Below are positions 51,365-64,000 of a DNA stretch of 64,000 bases, piece after piece. The position numbers and the translations under genes are program-made. Positions within the stretch are counted from its first letter, which is position 1, and every line of letters begins with the position of its first letter. This DNA is from Chiloscyllium plagiosum (taxonomy: Eukaryota): NCBI RefSeq assembly GCF_004010195.1, contig NC_057734.1, positions 28,435,176-28,499,175 on the forward strand, written 5' to 3'. The notes under the pieces were generated by a model. That model worked only from the letters and a program-made list of their open reading frames with translations. It was not told where the DNA came from and did not search any database.

Positions 51365-52178
51365 TAGAATAGAGGGTTTGAATTATAATGAGAGACTGAA
51401 TGGGCTGGGACTTTTTTACTAGAGTGTAGGAGGTTGAGGGATGACCTTATAGAGGTTTATAAAATCATGAGGGGTATAGATAAGGTGAATGGCAGGTGTC
51501 TTTGCCCTCAGGTGGGGGATTTCAAGACTAGAGGGCATACTTTTAAGGTGAGAGCAGAAAGATTTTTAAAAAGTCATGGGAGCATTTTCTTTTACACAGA
51601 CAGTGGTTCCTGTGTGGAATGAACTTCCAGAGGAGGTTTTCCATGTATGGAGTCAGCTATTACGAGGGGGCATAGCTTTAAATTAAGGGGTGGTAGGTAT
51701 AGGACAGATGTTAAGGGTAGATTCTTTACTCAGCGAGTCGTGAGTTCATGAAATGCCCTGCCAGTAGCAGTGGTAGACTTTCCCTCTTTATGGGCATTTA
51801 AACGGGCATTAGATAGGCATATGGAGGATAGTGGGCTAGTGTAGGTTAGGTGGGCTTGGATCGGCGCAACATCGAGGGCCAAAGGGCCTGTACTGCGCTG
51901 TATTTTTCTATGTTCTATGTTCTATGTTACAGTTACAACATTTAAAAACCATTGGATGAGTACATGAATAGAAAATAGTTAGAGGAATAAGGAGAAAATG
52001 AGGGCTGCAGATGCTGGAGATCAGAGCTGAAAGTCCTGACCTGCTGCGCTTTTCCAGCAACACATTTTCAGTTTAGAGGAATAAGGGCCAACCACAGACA
52101 GTTGTTTGGAATTATTGTCAGCATGGAGTGGTTGGAACGAAGGATCTGTTTCCATGTTGTATGACTGTATGACTCTAG
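51365..52178 (+). mobile_element. CR1 3' fragment with nested CR1 (about 51640-51927) and family-A insertion
   Basis: RDDLIEVYKIMRGIDKV..TRGH; inner copy ends (ttctatg)3. Confidence 0.9.
51993..52072. mobile_element. Collapsed family-A fold-back element
   Basis: 14-bp TSD ttagaggaataagg at 51979-51992 and 52073-52086; start of the left arm joined to the end of the right arm. Confidence 0.8.
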
Positions 52179-52329
52179 ATTCCCCCATTAATGTTCTGAT
52201 CTTGAGATAAAATGTTATAATCTTTTCATGTTTCACTACAGTGTCATAAATCTTCCAACTTGGTAAAGTCCTAATGAATCTAGATGTATTTCTTCCATTG
52301 CTTTCCTATCCATCTTATAATGAAAGCTT

Positions 52330-52760
52330 GGTCAATGCAGCAACATAAATGTTGAAAGGCAAGTAAACAGGAGGAGAGGTTTAGGGAGGGATTTTCCAAA
52401 GCTGTGGGCCTTGACAGTTGAAGACATGACTGCTCCTGATGGAGCAATTACAATCAGAGTTGTAGGAGCTGGAGGAGGTTGCAAACATAGGGAGAGGTGA
52501 GGCTAAGGAACTGAGAACAAGGATTAGACATTTCAAAATTAAGGCAGTACTTAACAGAGAGTGAATACAGAGCAGAGACTATAGGAGTGAGTAGGATTTG
52601 CAAGCTAGGACACAGGTAGCAACATTTTAAATAAATTCAAAAATACAGATGGTAGAATGTGGGAGCCGTGTAAAGAGTGCATTGACAATGTCAAGTCTAC
52701 TGGTAACAAAGGCAGGAATGAGAGTTTCAGCAACTAATACTCTGAGGCTAAAGTGGAATC
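52330..52760 (-). mobile_element. Old L2-like LINE 3' remnant
   Basis: gagaggtttagggaggggattttccaaagctgtgggcc resembles a reversed L2 3' end (from recall). Confidence 0.5.
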
Positions 52761-52929
52761 TCTTCCAAAGAGTAGGTAGCACCTTTCATGTTAACACCTG
52801 CAAAGTGACATGTAGTCATTGGACACAACAAGGGTGTGTTCCAAATTTCACCTTTTCCTCAAGTACAGTGCAGGAACTTATGTTTTATAAATATGGGCAT
52901 ATCATATATAAACAAAGAGGAAATGGTGA

Positions 52930-53740
52930 GCCTTTAAAAAACACTAGATGGGCCTCAACTGGAGTATTGTGTCCAACTCATTGGTAAGGATGTGACAACA
53001 TTAGAAAGAATGTAGAAAAAAATTCACAACAATGGTTCCAGGGATGATAGTCAACAGTTACAAGGCTAGATTAGAGAAATTGGGACCGTTCTCATTGGAG
53101 AAGTGAATATTAAAAGGAGATTTGATAGAGGTATTCAAAACCACGAGGGATCTGCATTTCTTCTTTCTTGGGATGTGAGCATTGTTGGAAAGACCTGCAT
53201 TATTTATCTTTCTCTAATTGCCCTTAAGAAGATGTGGTGAGCTGCCTCCTTGAACCACTGCAACCAGTTTGGTGTAGGCACATTCACAATGCAAAGTGGG
53301 AGTTCTGACCCAGAGACTGTGAAGGAATGTCAATATAGTTCTAAGTCAGGATGGTGTGTGCCTTGGAGTAGAACCTGCAGAGAGTGGGGTGTTCTCATGT
53401 ACTGGCTGTGTTGGCCCTTCAGTCTGATTTTGGCCATGGATCTGGAAGGTGATGACACAGGATGTTTGATATAAGTTGCTGCCATGCAGTCAAGAGGGAA
53501 AAGTTGTTCCTATTGACAGAAGGATCCAGAACCAGAGGACACCAATCTATGGTAACTGGCCAAAAAAAAGCAATGGCAACACGAGGGAAAACCTCTTTAC
53601 ACTGTGATTGATATGTGTATTGAGTGTGGGTTGAAATAGATTCAATCATGGCTTCCAGATGAATATTGCATGATTATCGGAAGAGAATTAATTTGCAAAA
53701 CTCGGGGAAAAGGCAAACAAATGGAATGGTGTGGTCAACA
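52930..53740 (+). mobile_element. Old CR1 3' fragment with nested minus-strand family-2 tail (about 53155-53485)
   Basis: YKARLEKLGPFSLEK..GDLIEVFK, resuming at gagagggaaaagttgttcc-like sequence and SRTRGH. Confidence 0.75.
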
Positions 53741-54135
53741 TTTTTAAGTGAAAATGCTGACTGGTAGAGGAGGACAAAAAGGATTGGGGAGAATGAACTT
53801 TCCTCAGCACTACTTTGCAGTGAAATGGAAGTGAAGTTAACACCGTTTGTTCATGGTAACCACTTACCTGTTTTCTCCTTGCCCTCTCAGGTCAACAGCC
53901 TCAAGTGCAGTTTGGTGACTGTCAGTAAAATGTGGTATAATGAAAACTATCTAGAATTGCAAGAAGAACATGTTGCTAATGTCTTATGAATGAATTGTTC
54001 CGAGCCTCTAGGTATTCTGGTGACAAAATAGAGGCAAAACCAAATGGGGTTATTTTCAACTCAGGTGCCAGTTGGTTGCCAGTGCTAAACAGGTGACACA
54101 ATACCCGATGGCACCAAGAGAAATCTCGAACCTTT

Positions 54136-54604
54136 TATTTACAAGGATGTTGCCAGGGTTGGAGGGTTTGAACTATAGGTAGAGGCTAAATAGACTGGGG
54201 CTGTTTTCCTGGAAGGTTGGAGGCTGAGGGGTGACCTTACAGAGATTTATAAAATCATGAGGGACATGAGAGTAAATGTACAAGGTCTTTTCCCTGGGGT
54301 CAGGAAGTCTAGAACTAGAGGGCATGGGTTTAGGGTGAGAGGGGAAAGATTTAAAAGGGACCGGAGGGGCAACTTATTCAAACAGTAGATGGCACATGTA
54401 TGCAGTGAGCTGCCAGAAAGTGGTGGAGGCTAGTACAATACAACAGTTAAAAGGCATCTGGAAGGGTATATGAATAGGAAGGGTTTGGAGGGATATGGGC
54501 TAAGTGCTGGCAAATGAAACTAGATTAATTTAGGATATCTGGTCAGCATGGAAGAGTTGGACTGAAGGGTCTGTTTCCGTGCTGTACATCTCAATGACTC
54601 TATG
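54136..54604 (+). mobile_element. CR1 LINE 3' fragment
   Basis: tttacaaggatgttgccagggttggagggtttg...tgactctatg. Confidence 0.9.
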
Positions 54605-55699
54605 TGCTCCTTATTATCTACCAAAATTGTGAGTGGTAGGAGATGATGGCATCCAGCATACCACCACTGTCTTGAGATCCTGCAAATGGCATAGTATGTA
54701 AACTCCAGAAGTCACAGCAAAAAGCAAGGTGCCAGTCTGTAAAGGCATACCTCAATGTTGGGGCTTGAGAATACTACTGGGAAACCTCTGGTTAACACAT
54801 GAACCATTATAATTGACTATCATTGGATGGCATTTGGCAAAGAAAATCACAATGCAAAGGGAGTACTGATTGTGCCTATTCTGAGCCATTAGGAGAAATG
54901 TCTTTGTTGTCATTTAAATTATTTTATAGTTTTCTTTGCTGGAACATCCCATTTTAGCTTTGTATGCATCGAACAGATTGTTAAGCACCATGTAGAATTA
55001 ACTCTTTCATCCAGTCTCAGCGTCAACTAATTTTACAAAATTAGATTCTGCAGTACTTGGATAACTAAAGAATGAAAAAACATCATACAAGTAAATTGAG
55101 GAGCTCGTGTAATTCAATAAGCTTGACTTCATAGGACTCCTGCCTAGACACCACACCATGCTGCTGTTATTGTGCAAATTTTATGATTTTCCATGATTGA
55201 AAAGGTCTGAATGCAAGACTTCTAATTGATTTTTAGCATTAGTTCAGCAAGCACCATCTGTATCTTAAATGAAGTTGACAGAGCAATTAAAATGGCTAAA
55301 CCTCCACATTAGAAATTCACACTATTGCAAATAAATTATTTAAGTTGTTAATTAGACTGAGGAGTTGAAAAATGCTCTCTACTGATCTTAAGCACACTCA
55401 AACAGGCAAGTGAAGTTCAACAAAATAGTGGGAATCAATATAGAGCTGTCAAAGTACAAAAGAGAAATCAATACAAAATGTGCACAAATACCCTCAGACA
55501 TGAGTAATAAAACCCTATTTGGCATCATAGCAATTCTCAGGTCAGCAATGTTTTTAGGTGCACAAGTAGGTTATCACTGTCCATGGTTTGGGCATAACTG
55601 GTGCTGTGTGGGTCGAAAATAATGTCTGTGTACAGTGTAAACACTTCAAAAGATGCATTGTGACATACACCATACTGGTGAAGGAGTTAACAAGTGAGC

Positions 55700-58600
55700 G
55701 GTGAAGAGCTGGTTTATGTGTGCAAAACAAACAGATCATCTCCCAGTGTGCAATGCTGAGCTGCAGACAGCGGTGTTGTTTTCGAGCTCAGTGCTCCAGC
55801 TAACCTCACAGACCTGACCACGGGCTATGCAGCAGGAATGCCACATGTCCCACCAACAGTGCTACTGAAAGGAATCCTCAACAGTACCCTGGATAATTGG
55901 TGGTTGACATCTTCGAGTTGCTGCTTCGATTCTGTTTTGGAAGCTTGTTAAAGGTGCAAACGTCTAACAAGAGTGGTGACACTGATACATTTTTAAAATG
56001 GCTAACTTCAAAGTTTCTGCAAAGTACAGGCGCTCCCATCATGGGTGCATTAGTTGTCAGTCCCCTTGGAGGATGAGCAGAGGATATTCAGAGCAGGACA
56101 AGATGCTTGAAGGAGGAGGAAAAGGAGAGGAGAACCTGGAGGCTACATCCACCCAGGAAGCTTTGTTCTGAGCTGCATCTCAGTGAGAAACAACATTTGT
56201 GTTGTCCGTGCTTCAGTAAGAACATGCTCAATGAAAACTGCCAAATCCTATAGCCTCAAATCATGACACCTTGCTAGTGACTGTGAATGTGACCATGGCA
56301 ATTTTGTGTGTCTGATTCCTTCTAGCCCAGAGGTATTTGAAAAATTTCACAGTTTTCCATCCATTGCTGCATAAGAAAGCTCTGGATGTATTAAGACCTA
56401 ATAGCAGCTCCTCATCTCTTACCAGAGAACACATGGCTTCCTTAAGATGGTGCAGGGTGTCAATAACTGCACACACAATCATTTTTGGACATTCCACACT
56501 AATTTCCCATGTAACGAAAGGTTTCCACTCCTTAAATGTCCAGCTTGTGTGACCAGAGGCAGAGTATCATGCAGGTCAATGCCTGGTATACTGACAGCCA
56601 TCTTAATGCTTTCTTTTGCAATGATTCATGATTGCAGCTGGACTTAAGGCATCACAATGACACAAAGCCTGCCTGCTAAATGACAAGATAGACAAGCAGG
56701 AGACTGGGAGAATACAGCAAGCCAGGCAGCATCAGAAGGTAGAGAAGGTGATGTTTAGGAAGTAACCCTTCTTCAGGGCTGGAGGTGGATGGAAGGAGAG
56801 CAGCAGATAAAGGGGAAGGCGGGGGCAGGGTGATGAAGTGGAGATAGATGAAGGCAGTTGGAGGGTGCGACCTGCTTGGTCAGTGAGAGGAATGAATCCG
56901 GTAGGTGGCTGGGAGGAGTGGGAGGGAGGGGGACGGCCTGGGAAGGGAGTTGTGTTCTTCCAACCTCCTCCTTGTCTACCTTGGATTCCAGCAGCTGCAG
57001 TGTTTTTTTTTGTCTCTAGCTAAATGACAAGGGTTAACTGCTGATGACATGATCATTCTAATGAACAAACTATGCATATATGTGTGGAATATGCATACAA
57101 CAAAGACAATGCTGCCAAAAAGAAACATGTTCAGTCTAGTGTGCTGAAACAGTGCTTCTACTGCCTGGGTGGATAATACAATCTACAACCATTTCAGCAG
57201 CAGTCAGAGCATATACAACAGCAAGTTGGCCTTTCATACTTTCAGTCTGAGCTCTTCAGAAATCTCTTTTGCTGTAATAGAAGCCAAGGCATTGAACATC
57301 AGAAGCTGCACCATAGTTGAGTTCCACAAGGGTGGAATGTACTTGGCCAGCACCTCAAGCAGGAAGACAAAGTCAAGTATCAAGTTAGTGCTAATTCTCT
57401 CCACTCTCCTGGACATTGATGACAGGCTTCCCAATGCACTAAACGCTGTGTTGTTTATACCCATCAGTATCCTGTCGAATGTCTGATAAAAGTCCTCATC
57501 TGAGTTCTCTGTGGTAAAGTCTATGCACCCCACTTCACCCTCAGAAAAGCTGATGTTTGCATCAATCTTGTTCCATGTCCACCTGCAGGCCACCTATGCC
57601 CAGTGACCCACCAGATCCAGTTCCTGCCTCCATGTTTTCCTCTACAGTATGCACAGCGTCAGTGTCTGAAAAGTGAGTGCAAAATCAAGTGAAGTTGAGT
57701 CTTTATCATCATTCTCTTCTTTCTGTTTTCTCATTACCTTCCAATGTTGTGTTTCTCAAAGAAGAAAGGCACATAGATAAGGGCTTGAAAGCAGGGAGGG
57801 AATGGAAAATTGAGCTGTGACCCTGCACTATCAACAGCTTGTTACAGAGAAGGTTGTCGTGAATGGGGGTGAGGGGAGGTGGGATGTGCAGAGGAGGATT
57901 GGGCGTGAGGCCATTGCCATGTTCTATGGCTTTAGCCTCTTAAGGCACAGCCTGGCAATGGAGCTCAAACAGTGTCCAGCAGCATTCCCCACATAGGGGT
58001 CAGGATATCAGTCAAGCCTGTTCCTCTCTGGTTAGCTCCTACTGCCTCCATGTGTGCATCACCTTGTCCTAAAAGAGAGAGGGGTATGTGTTAGTGAACA
58101 TTATGCTTTGAGTTTGGGTGATGTCACTGTTATATAGTTAAGTAGCTGGTGGTGAAACTTAAAGCTGTATGAGGGTGTAGCATATCATATCAATATTAAG
58201 CATGAGCCCTGATTGACCGGGATTGTGAGCATATGAGTGACTCCGAGGATTGTCATCCATAGATCTCTGCTCCCATTCCCTCTGAACCTATGTCTGAAGG
58301 GCTCCTGCCTTCCTCCTAATTCAGCATATCTCTCCCATTTCCCCCACCAATTCAGTATCCAAAAACCTTGTAATTTGCTTTCTCTCACATTTTGTCATTA
58401 TTCAGTGTTTCACAGTTCAGATCCTCTTCCTCTATTGTACCTGTTTCAGTCCAAGTGGTACAGGCTAGCTTTGACTGGTGTTAGTTAATAACAAAATTAG
58501 TGCACAATCGGCATTTAGACAATGGGCACAGGATAATTGAGCATCATGATCCCCATGACTGACTGTGAGGACTATTGAATTTAGACCACCCCACTTCTCA
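55700..58600. mobile_element. PIF/Harbinger DNA transposon remnant (transposase +, putative accessory gene -)
   Basis: Plus strand about 56100-56620: MVQGVNNCTH (GAIDCTH-like), KGFHSLNVQLV, IMQVNAWY..SH; minus ORF 57234..57593 plausibly an accessory-gene remnant; outer limits uncertain. Confidence 0.75.
56688..57018. mobile_element. Penelope terminal-repeat insertion with inverted part
   Basis: 13-bp TSD gctaaatgacaag at 56675-56687 and 57019-57031; decayed minus-strand hammerhead ctgaagaagggttacttcctaaac. Confidence 0.75.
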
Positions 58601-59374
58601 CACCGCCAATGTCTTTTAACAAAAGCAGTAACCAAACATTGTCTGATAATTAAGCACCAATTAACAATAGTTTGCTCAAAAGAAAGTACCAGACATTAAA
58701 AAACATCAAAGGGCTCAACCTGAGATAGTTGCATTCTCTAAATGTTTTGAATTCTCTGAAGGGATAGGGAAAGAGAATATTTTAGCTGAATTTGAATCAG
58801 CTGGTATCCAAATGTTGCCAATGAGATAGTCAGACCCTGCTGCTGGCTCAGCGTTGAGCAGTCAAGCCAAAGGAAGCAAGAGGTTTATAGATTAGTTTGT
58901 TAACAGGTTTCAGCTGACTGACCATCATGGAATTAGAAATATTTGAATGTAAAGAATCACGCAAGATATTTAGGGAGTGAAATTCAACTTCAACATGAGT
59001 GCAAAATAGGCCATGGTGAATTGACCATCCATTTCACAACATTTCTGTTAAAGTCAATTGAGTGGATTGTACAATATGAGACGAAGTCAACATCTGTTGT
59101 GCACAACAATGAAGTTGAACTTTGATCCACTAACTACTTCTTTAATAAGCAAAACACAAGGAAATAAAATTTGAGACAAGTAACTTTTCCTTTCATATCA
59201 AATGTTTATAGCTTATAGAGCCAGTGCTTCTTCCCTATTACCATGTTTCAGCAAAGGTATAAAGAAAGAGATATCAACTCAGGCTGTTGGTGAGCAAAGG
59301 TAAGTTTTCTATTTAAAGTTAGCAACTTGTTAAAAAGGTTATATTTATCTGAGACTGGTACATTGAAACATGTG

Positions 59375-59797
59375 TATTGGAAAGACGTTGTGAAACTTGA
59401 AAGGGTTCAGAAAAGATTTACAAGGACGTCGCAAGGGTTGGAGGATTTGAGCTATAGGGAGAAGCTGAACAGGCTAGGGCGGTTTTCCCTGGAGAGTCAG
59501 ATGCTGAGGGGTGACCTTATAGAGGCTTACAAAATTATGAGGGGCATGGATAGGATAAATAGGCAAAGTCTTTTCCCTGGGGTCGGGAAGTCCAGAACTA
59601 GAGGGCATAGGTTTAGGGTGAGAGGGGAAAGATATAAAAGAGACCTAAGGGGCAACTTTTTCACACAGAGGGTGGTACGTGTCTGGAATGAGCTGCCAGA
59701 GGATGTGGTGGAGGCTGGTATAATTGCAACACTTAAGAGGCATTTGGATGGGTATATGAATAGGAAGGGTTTGGGGGGATATGGGCCGGGTGCTGGC
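59375..59797 (+). mobile_element. CR1 LINE 3' fragment (tail missing)
   Basis: KLERVQKRFTR..RGDLIEAYKIMRG..RTRGHRF..FFTQRVVRVWNELP. Confidence 0.95.
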
Positions 59798-59926
59798 TTT
59801 CACTGTGTCTCACACCTGCACACACACACCATGGGTGCTGGGGATAAAATAAGCACTACCGCACTTAGGTGGTAGTGTGGGGGTTAAATTAAAGAAAAAA
59901 AAAAAGAAAAAAAAAGAAAAAAAAAA
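59798..59926 (+). mobile_element. 3' end of a poly(A)-tailed retroelement (L1/Tx1-like)
   Basis: Stem-loop cactaccgc-acttag-gtggtagtg followed by an A-rich tail of about 35 nt. Confidence 0.55.
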
Positions 59927-60094
59927 GAACAGGAGTGTCAGACACCTTGTTCACTCTGAGGGCTGGCTCTGAGGGAGCTGGATCACTGTCAAGGACTCTC
60001 CGCATGTAAATAAAGGGTGACTTGGTGACCGGGATACCATGTAAATAAAGGGTGACTTGGTGACCGGGATACCAGCTTCTGTGGAGTTATTTCA
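59927..60094 (+). mobile_element. 3' half of a short solo LTR with internal 35-bp tandem duplication
   Basis: Homologous to about 35592-35711; catgtaaataaagggtgacttggtgaccgggatac at 60003 and 60038. Confidence 0.7.
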
Positions 60095-63000
60095 AGGTGG
60101 ATCGAGAAGTAGTGATTTGGTGAAAAGCAAGTTTGGTTCTTAAAAGCATTATATTAGTAGGAGATCAGAAAATACCACTTTCTCTCAATTGTTAGCATCA
60201 TCACAATATGGGAGAGCCCTGCTGCTGTGAATGAAGATTGGATTCTCCATAAGTTTGCATTTTAAACACAACCTATTCAGAAACATTGCAGGAGCTTAGA
60301 ACAGTGGAGGAGCTGAGCAAAGTACCTATCAATATCATTCCAGAAATAGAAGTAGACAACAGGCACATTTACCTAGACTTTAATGTTTAGACCATGTCTC
60401 AGTTAGACAATGTGAACAGTGGCCTGAAAGGAACAGACAAAGTTAATGGCTGAATAATGCGATCATGCTCCAGATCAAACACCTCTTTCCTCTTCCAATC
60501 AGCCTATTTAGGAAATTTATGTAATAGGATGCATTTTGGGTCATCTCTCTTCGTGAGGTTTTCATCTGGGAATACCTGTGGAACTATTAGTGAACTAAAC
60601 TACAAATATATATACAGTTGCTCAAAGACCATCTTCATTTTGGTTTCATAGCATAACATTATTCAGACATATTTTAATTTTGTTTGGGAAAAAAAGTTGG
60701 TGATTAACTAATTGGGTGGAGGTCATAAAATGTGGAAGGAGTCCATTTTGGATGGGCCAAATTTTTCATTTTTTGTGTTGCTTTTATTCTTGTTATCCTT
60801 CTCAACAATGAGTGTAATGGAAACAAAAGCTCAGTTTTCATTTCAAATTTATTTAGAAATCTTATTTTAATGAAACTATCATTTTGTAAATGGGGATGGG
60901 GGAAGAGTAGAGGGAATTGAAGTGATTTCCTGATTCAATTTCTCTGCCATTTAGGTAAAAAGACTTTAATTAATGACAAGTTAGAATTCAATTGGATCAT
61001 TATTAAAACATTAACGTTTGTACAATATTATTTTGCCTGTGGTGGAAGTGGTGTAAAACAAGGGAATATACTTAATGTATCTTTGTATTGCAATCCGTTG
61101 CTGCAGAAGGTCCTCATAACTAGGGTTATGGAGCAGGCTGGTTTCCTGGGGATAAATTAAATAGACCATTAGAGATACTCTTGCAATGTAATAATTGGTG
61201 CGATGGAACCCTTAACATGCACCAGATTTAAAAAATGCATCTGATTCTTAGTGGCCTTTATAACTATGCTACCTCTAACTATAAGGCTATCAGAGTCACT
61301 TTTAAACTTCATCTCTCAGTAGGACTTAGTTACACAACCTCTGAGCCAAGAGATGAAACATTAATACTGGAGCTTTGGAAGTGATTAAACTGCTTCATGA
61401 ATATTATAAAACAGAGTTTTATTAATAGCCTTCCAATATTGCAAGATACTCCATGCTTCATGGAAGAAAGCAGAATGCCATTTCTAGAATTAATCGATAA
61501 TTGCATTTTTAAGAGATGAATTTATTAGAATAATCTATTTGTATTTCCTTTGCTTCACAATGAAGCACTTGGATAAAATCTTTCCAGGATGCTCCATATC
61601 AATTTTCCTTGCTGACAACAGCTTTACCTGCTACCGCCTGGTGCTGATTATTCAATATCCAATTTTGTTTTAAACTGGGAGCCTGTAGCATTACATTGTT
61701 ATTAGTGATTACAAAATCAGTCAACCAGTAGAAATTGCTTGAAGGCATAAAGTAAGACTTTTCTGACTATTGTATTCATTAAATACTGACACCAGGTACA
61801 GAAAAAGCAAGGGAAAAGCTTGCTCAATTGAGAAATATTGATTTTACATCCAGAGAATTATTTAAAGATGCAGCTGACTTGTGACTGTCATGAAACGGTA
61901 TTGCAAGAATCTGTAGCTCATGAATAAAGAATCTAGGGAACAAATTTGATGACAATGTGATTACCAAACTCTCTAGCATTGATGAGGCAGGTCTGCAGAG
62001 ATTGTTTCCTGTGGGTCTGCTGGTTTTCTCAATTCACCTCAAATGCTAGCACAGCATGAAAAGAAATCAGATCACAAGAAAACAGATTCATTCCAAAATC
62101 ACATTTGCAAATCGACGTAACTAAGCATAGATCTTTTCCCATGTCAGAGCCCATTGTGGAATCGAGCAATATGAAAATTGCCCTGTACAAGTGGACTGAG
62201 ATTGACCAGAAACAAAGTATGCCATTCTTACACTGTCAAAGTTAGCCAATTCACACTTATCAACAATGTTTGGCACCGAAGACAACATATGAAATCAGCA
62301 TCAGTTGCGGCTGCGGTACGCCACTTACTTCATATTGCAAGAATGTTTCCGTAGACAAACATGCCATCAAGACAACAGGGTAAGGTAAACATCTGATGAT
62401 AGTTGCACTGGCAGCCCATCTTCCAAATATTAGCAATGCTGACAGGGAAATGGAAACAGAATTGCCTAAATGGTGTCAAAACAATGTCAATTTAAGTTCC
62501 TCCACTATGGTAATCTGCATAGGTTGACTACAAATTTCAATTATAGTTGGCAGATGATTCTGCTATGTGTATTATTTGTTGTGGATGGTGAATTTTAACA
62601 CATTGTGGATAATGTTGTGAATGGGTGCATACCAAAGGAGTACAGTTATTATTGAAGATAGATTATTTCTGATTTAAATGTACTTTTGCTGCTAACGTGT
62701 TTATTTATTTAGCAAATGCAAGCCCTCTAGCTAAACAGGAATCTGCTCATTTGATGATTTTATGATGATTTGTCTGCCACGGAGTGTGTGATGGGACATT
62801 ATTTGGTAATGTGCAACATTGCATGTATCTCTCCAAAAGCCCATAAGATGTTTGTACAGAGGCTCCAGTGGCTGCCCACATGTTTAACAAAGATCACCCC
62901 GGCTACTGTAGTTCAAAGCATGCTCGACAGGTGGGGTGTTGAGGCACATCTGAAATGGATAATGGATCAACGTCTACAATCTGCAATCCTCCCTGCCACT

Positions 63001-64000
63001 CCCCCCGCCCCAGCAAACAAATCCCCAATTCTGGTCAGATCGATGATCCAGTCAGAAGACTGAATCCAAGAGAAATTTAAAGGGTTCTGTAGGAAGCCTG
63101 CGTGCAGAATCTCAGTCCCCCACAGGGCAACCAGTCTTGCCTTTGAGTAGCCTTTCCACTTTATGCCACCAATTTTTACAACTTAATGTTGAGGCCCTGT
63201 TAACATTGAAATGAAACCTTACTGAGCGCTTTGCCACCATTTCTGATACCTCTGCAAGATTTCCATGGTTTCATATTTATATTAAAATCAACAACACTCA
63301 TCTAGATAAGTTGTCGATACAATAAGTGTAGGCTTGAATCATATCTTTTTGAATTTGGAGCAGAATTTTGAATAGACTATAAGTTTTTGTGTTCCACAGG
63401 TAGTACCACCCTGATTCTATAAATTTTAATGTGAGAATTCATTTTTAAGAACATGGAAGGAAGAAATTTACGTCTTGAAAGAAGCAAAGTATTCTTTGGG
63501 GTTCCATGGTAAATGAGCATCTCTACCATAGAATCAAGCTTGGTCCAATAGCTTAACTCTGAGTCAGAGGTATAATGAAAATAAAAAGCACTTGGTCTGG
63601 GAGCATGTGTCATGACATTGGATTAATATACTGAAGTACTGTGGACATTGTTAATTTTTAACACCCTTTTCCTTTTTAAAAAATAGTATCTGCTATGACC
63701 AAAAAAATACTGCAGTCATGAACTCAGTTGCTGTCTTGAAAAGTCCTATGTAGGACCCATGGAATGTTATACCAGTGGAGTGTCAAGAAAACTTCAATGA
63801 GAGAATGAAATTTAACAGGAAAGGACAATGAGGGAGACAGGCCTATCTCCACCCTCTTAGCAAAAAAAAAACACATTTTGCAAATGTTTTATGACTTGGC
63901 CATCCAGGAATATACAATACAAATCAAGAAAACTGAGTGTAACACTAGCCTCTATATTAGTGGCCTGAAATCCTAGTGTGTACTTTGAGGGTCACAACTC

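Overview
Eukaryotic, repeat-dense vertebrate DNA, almost certainly a shark/elasmobranch genome (HE1-type V-SINEs, shark-type CR1 LINEs). I cannot identify a host gene with confidence. The window looks like a large intron or intergenic region, and the only ORF-track entries I recognise are decayed transposon proteins. It holds many CR1 fragments, including a long ORF1-esterase/endonuclease/RT copy at 29460-32037 split by an N gap. It also holds a second CR1/L2-clade LINE family ('family 2'), RTE, Penelope (GIY-YIG) and Harbinger remnants, several tRNA-headed SINE families and small solo LTRs. The most notable signal is a set of short insertions, most flanked by target-site duplications (TSDs) and several folding back as palindromes. 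They form at least two sequence families and carry minimal hammerhead-ribozyme cores (CUGAnGA-A-stemII-GAAA with palindromic helix III), in some copies on both strands. In two copies an arm begins at or next to the predicted self-cleavage site. One copy sits next to a templated inverted copy of nearby genomic DNA. Boundaries of old repeats were read by eye and are approximate. Family names are from recall, not database searches.
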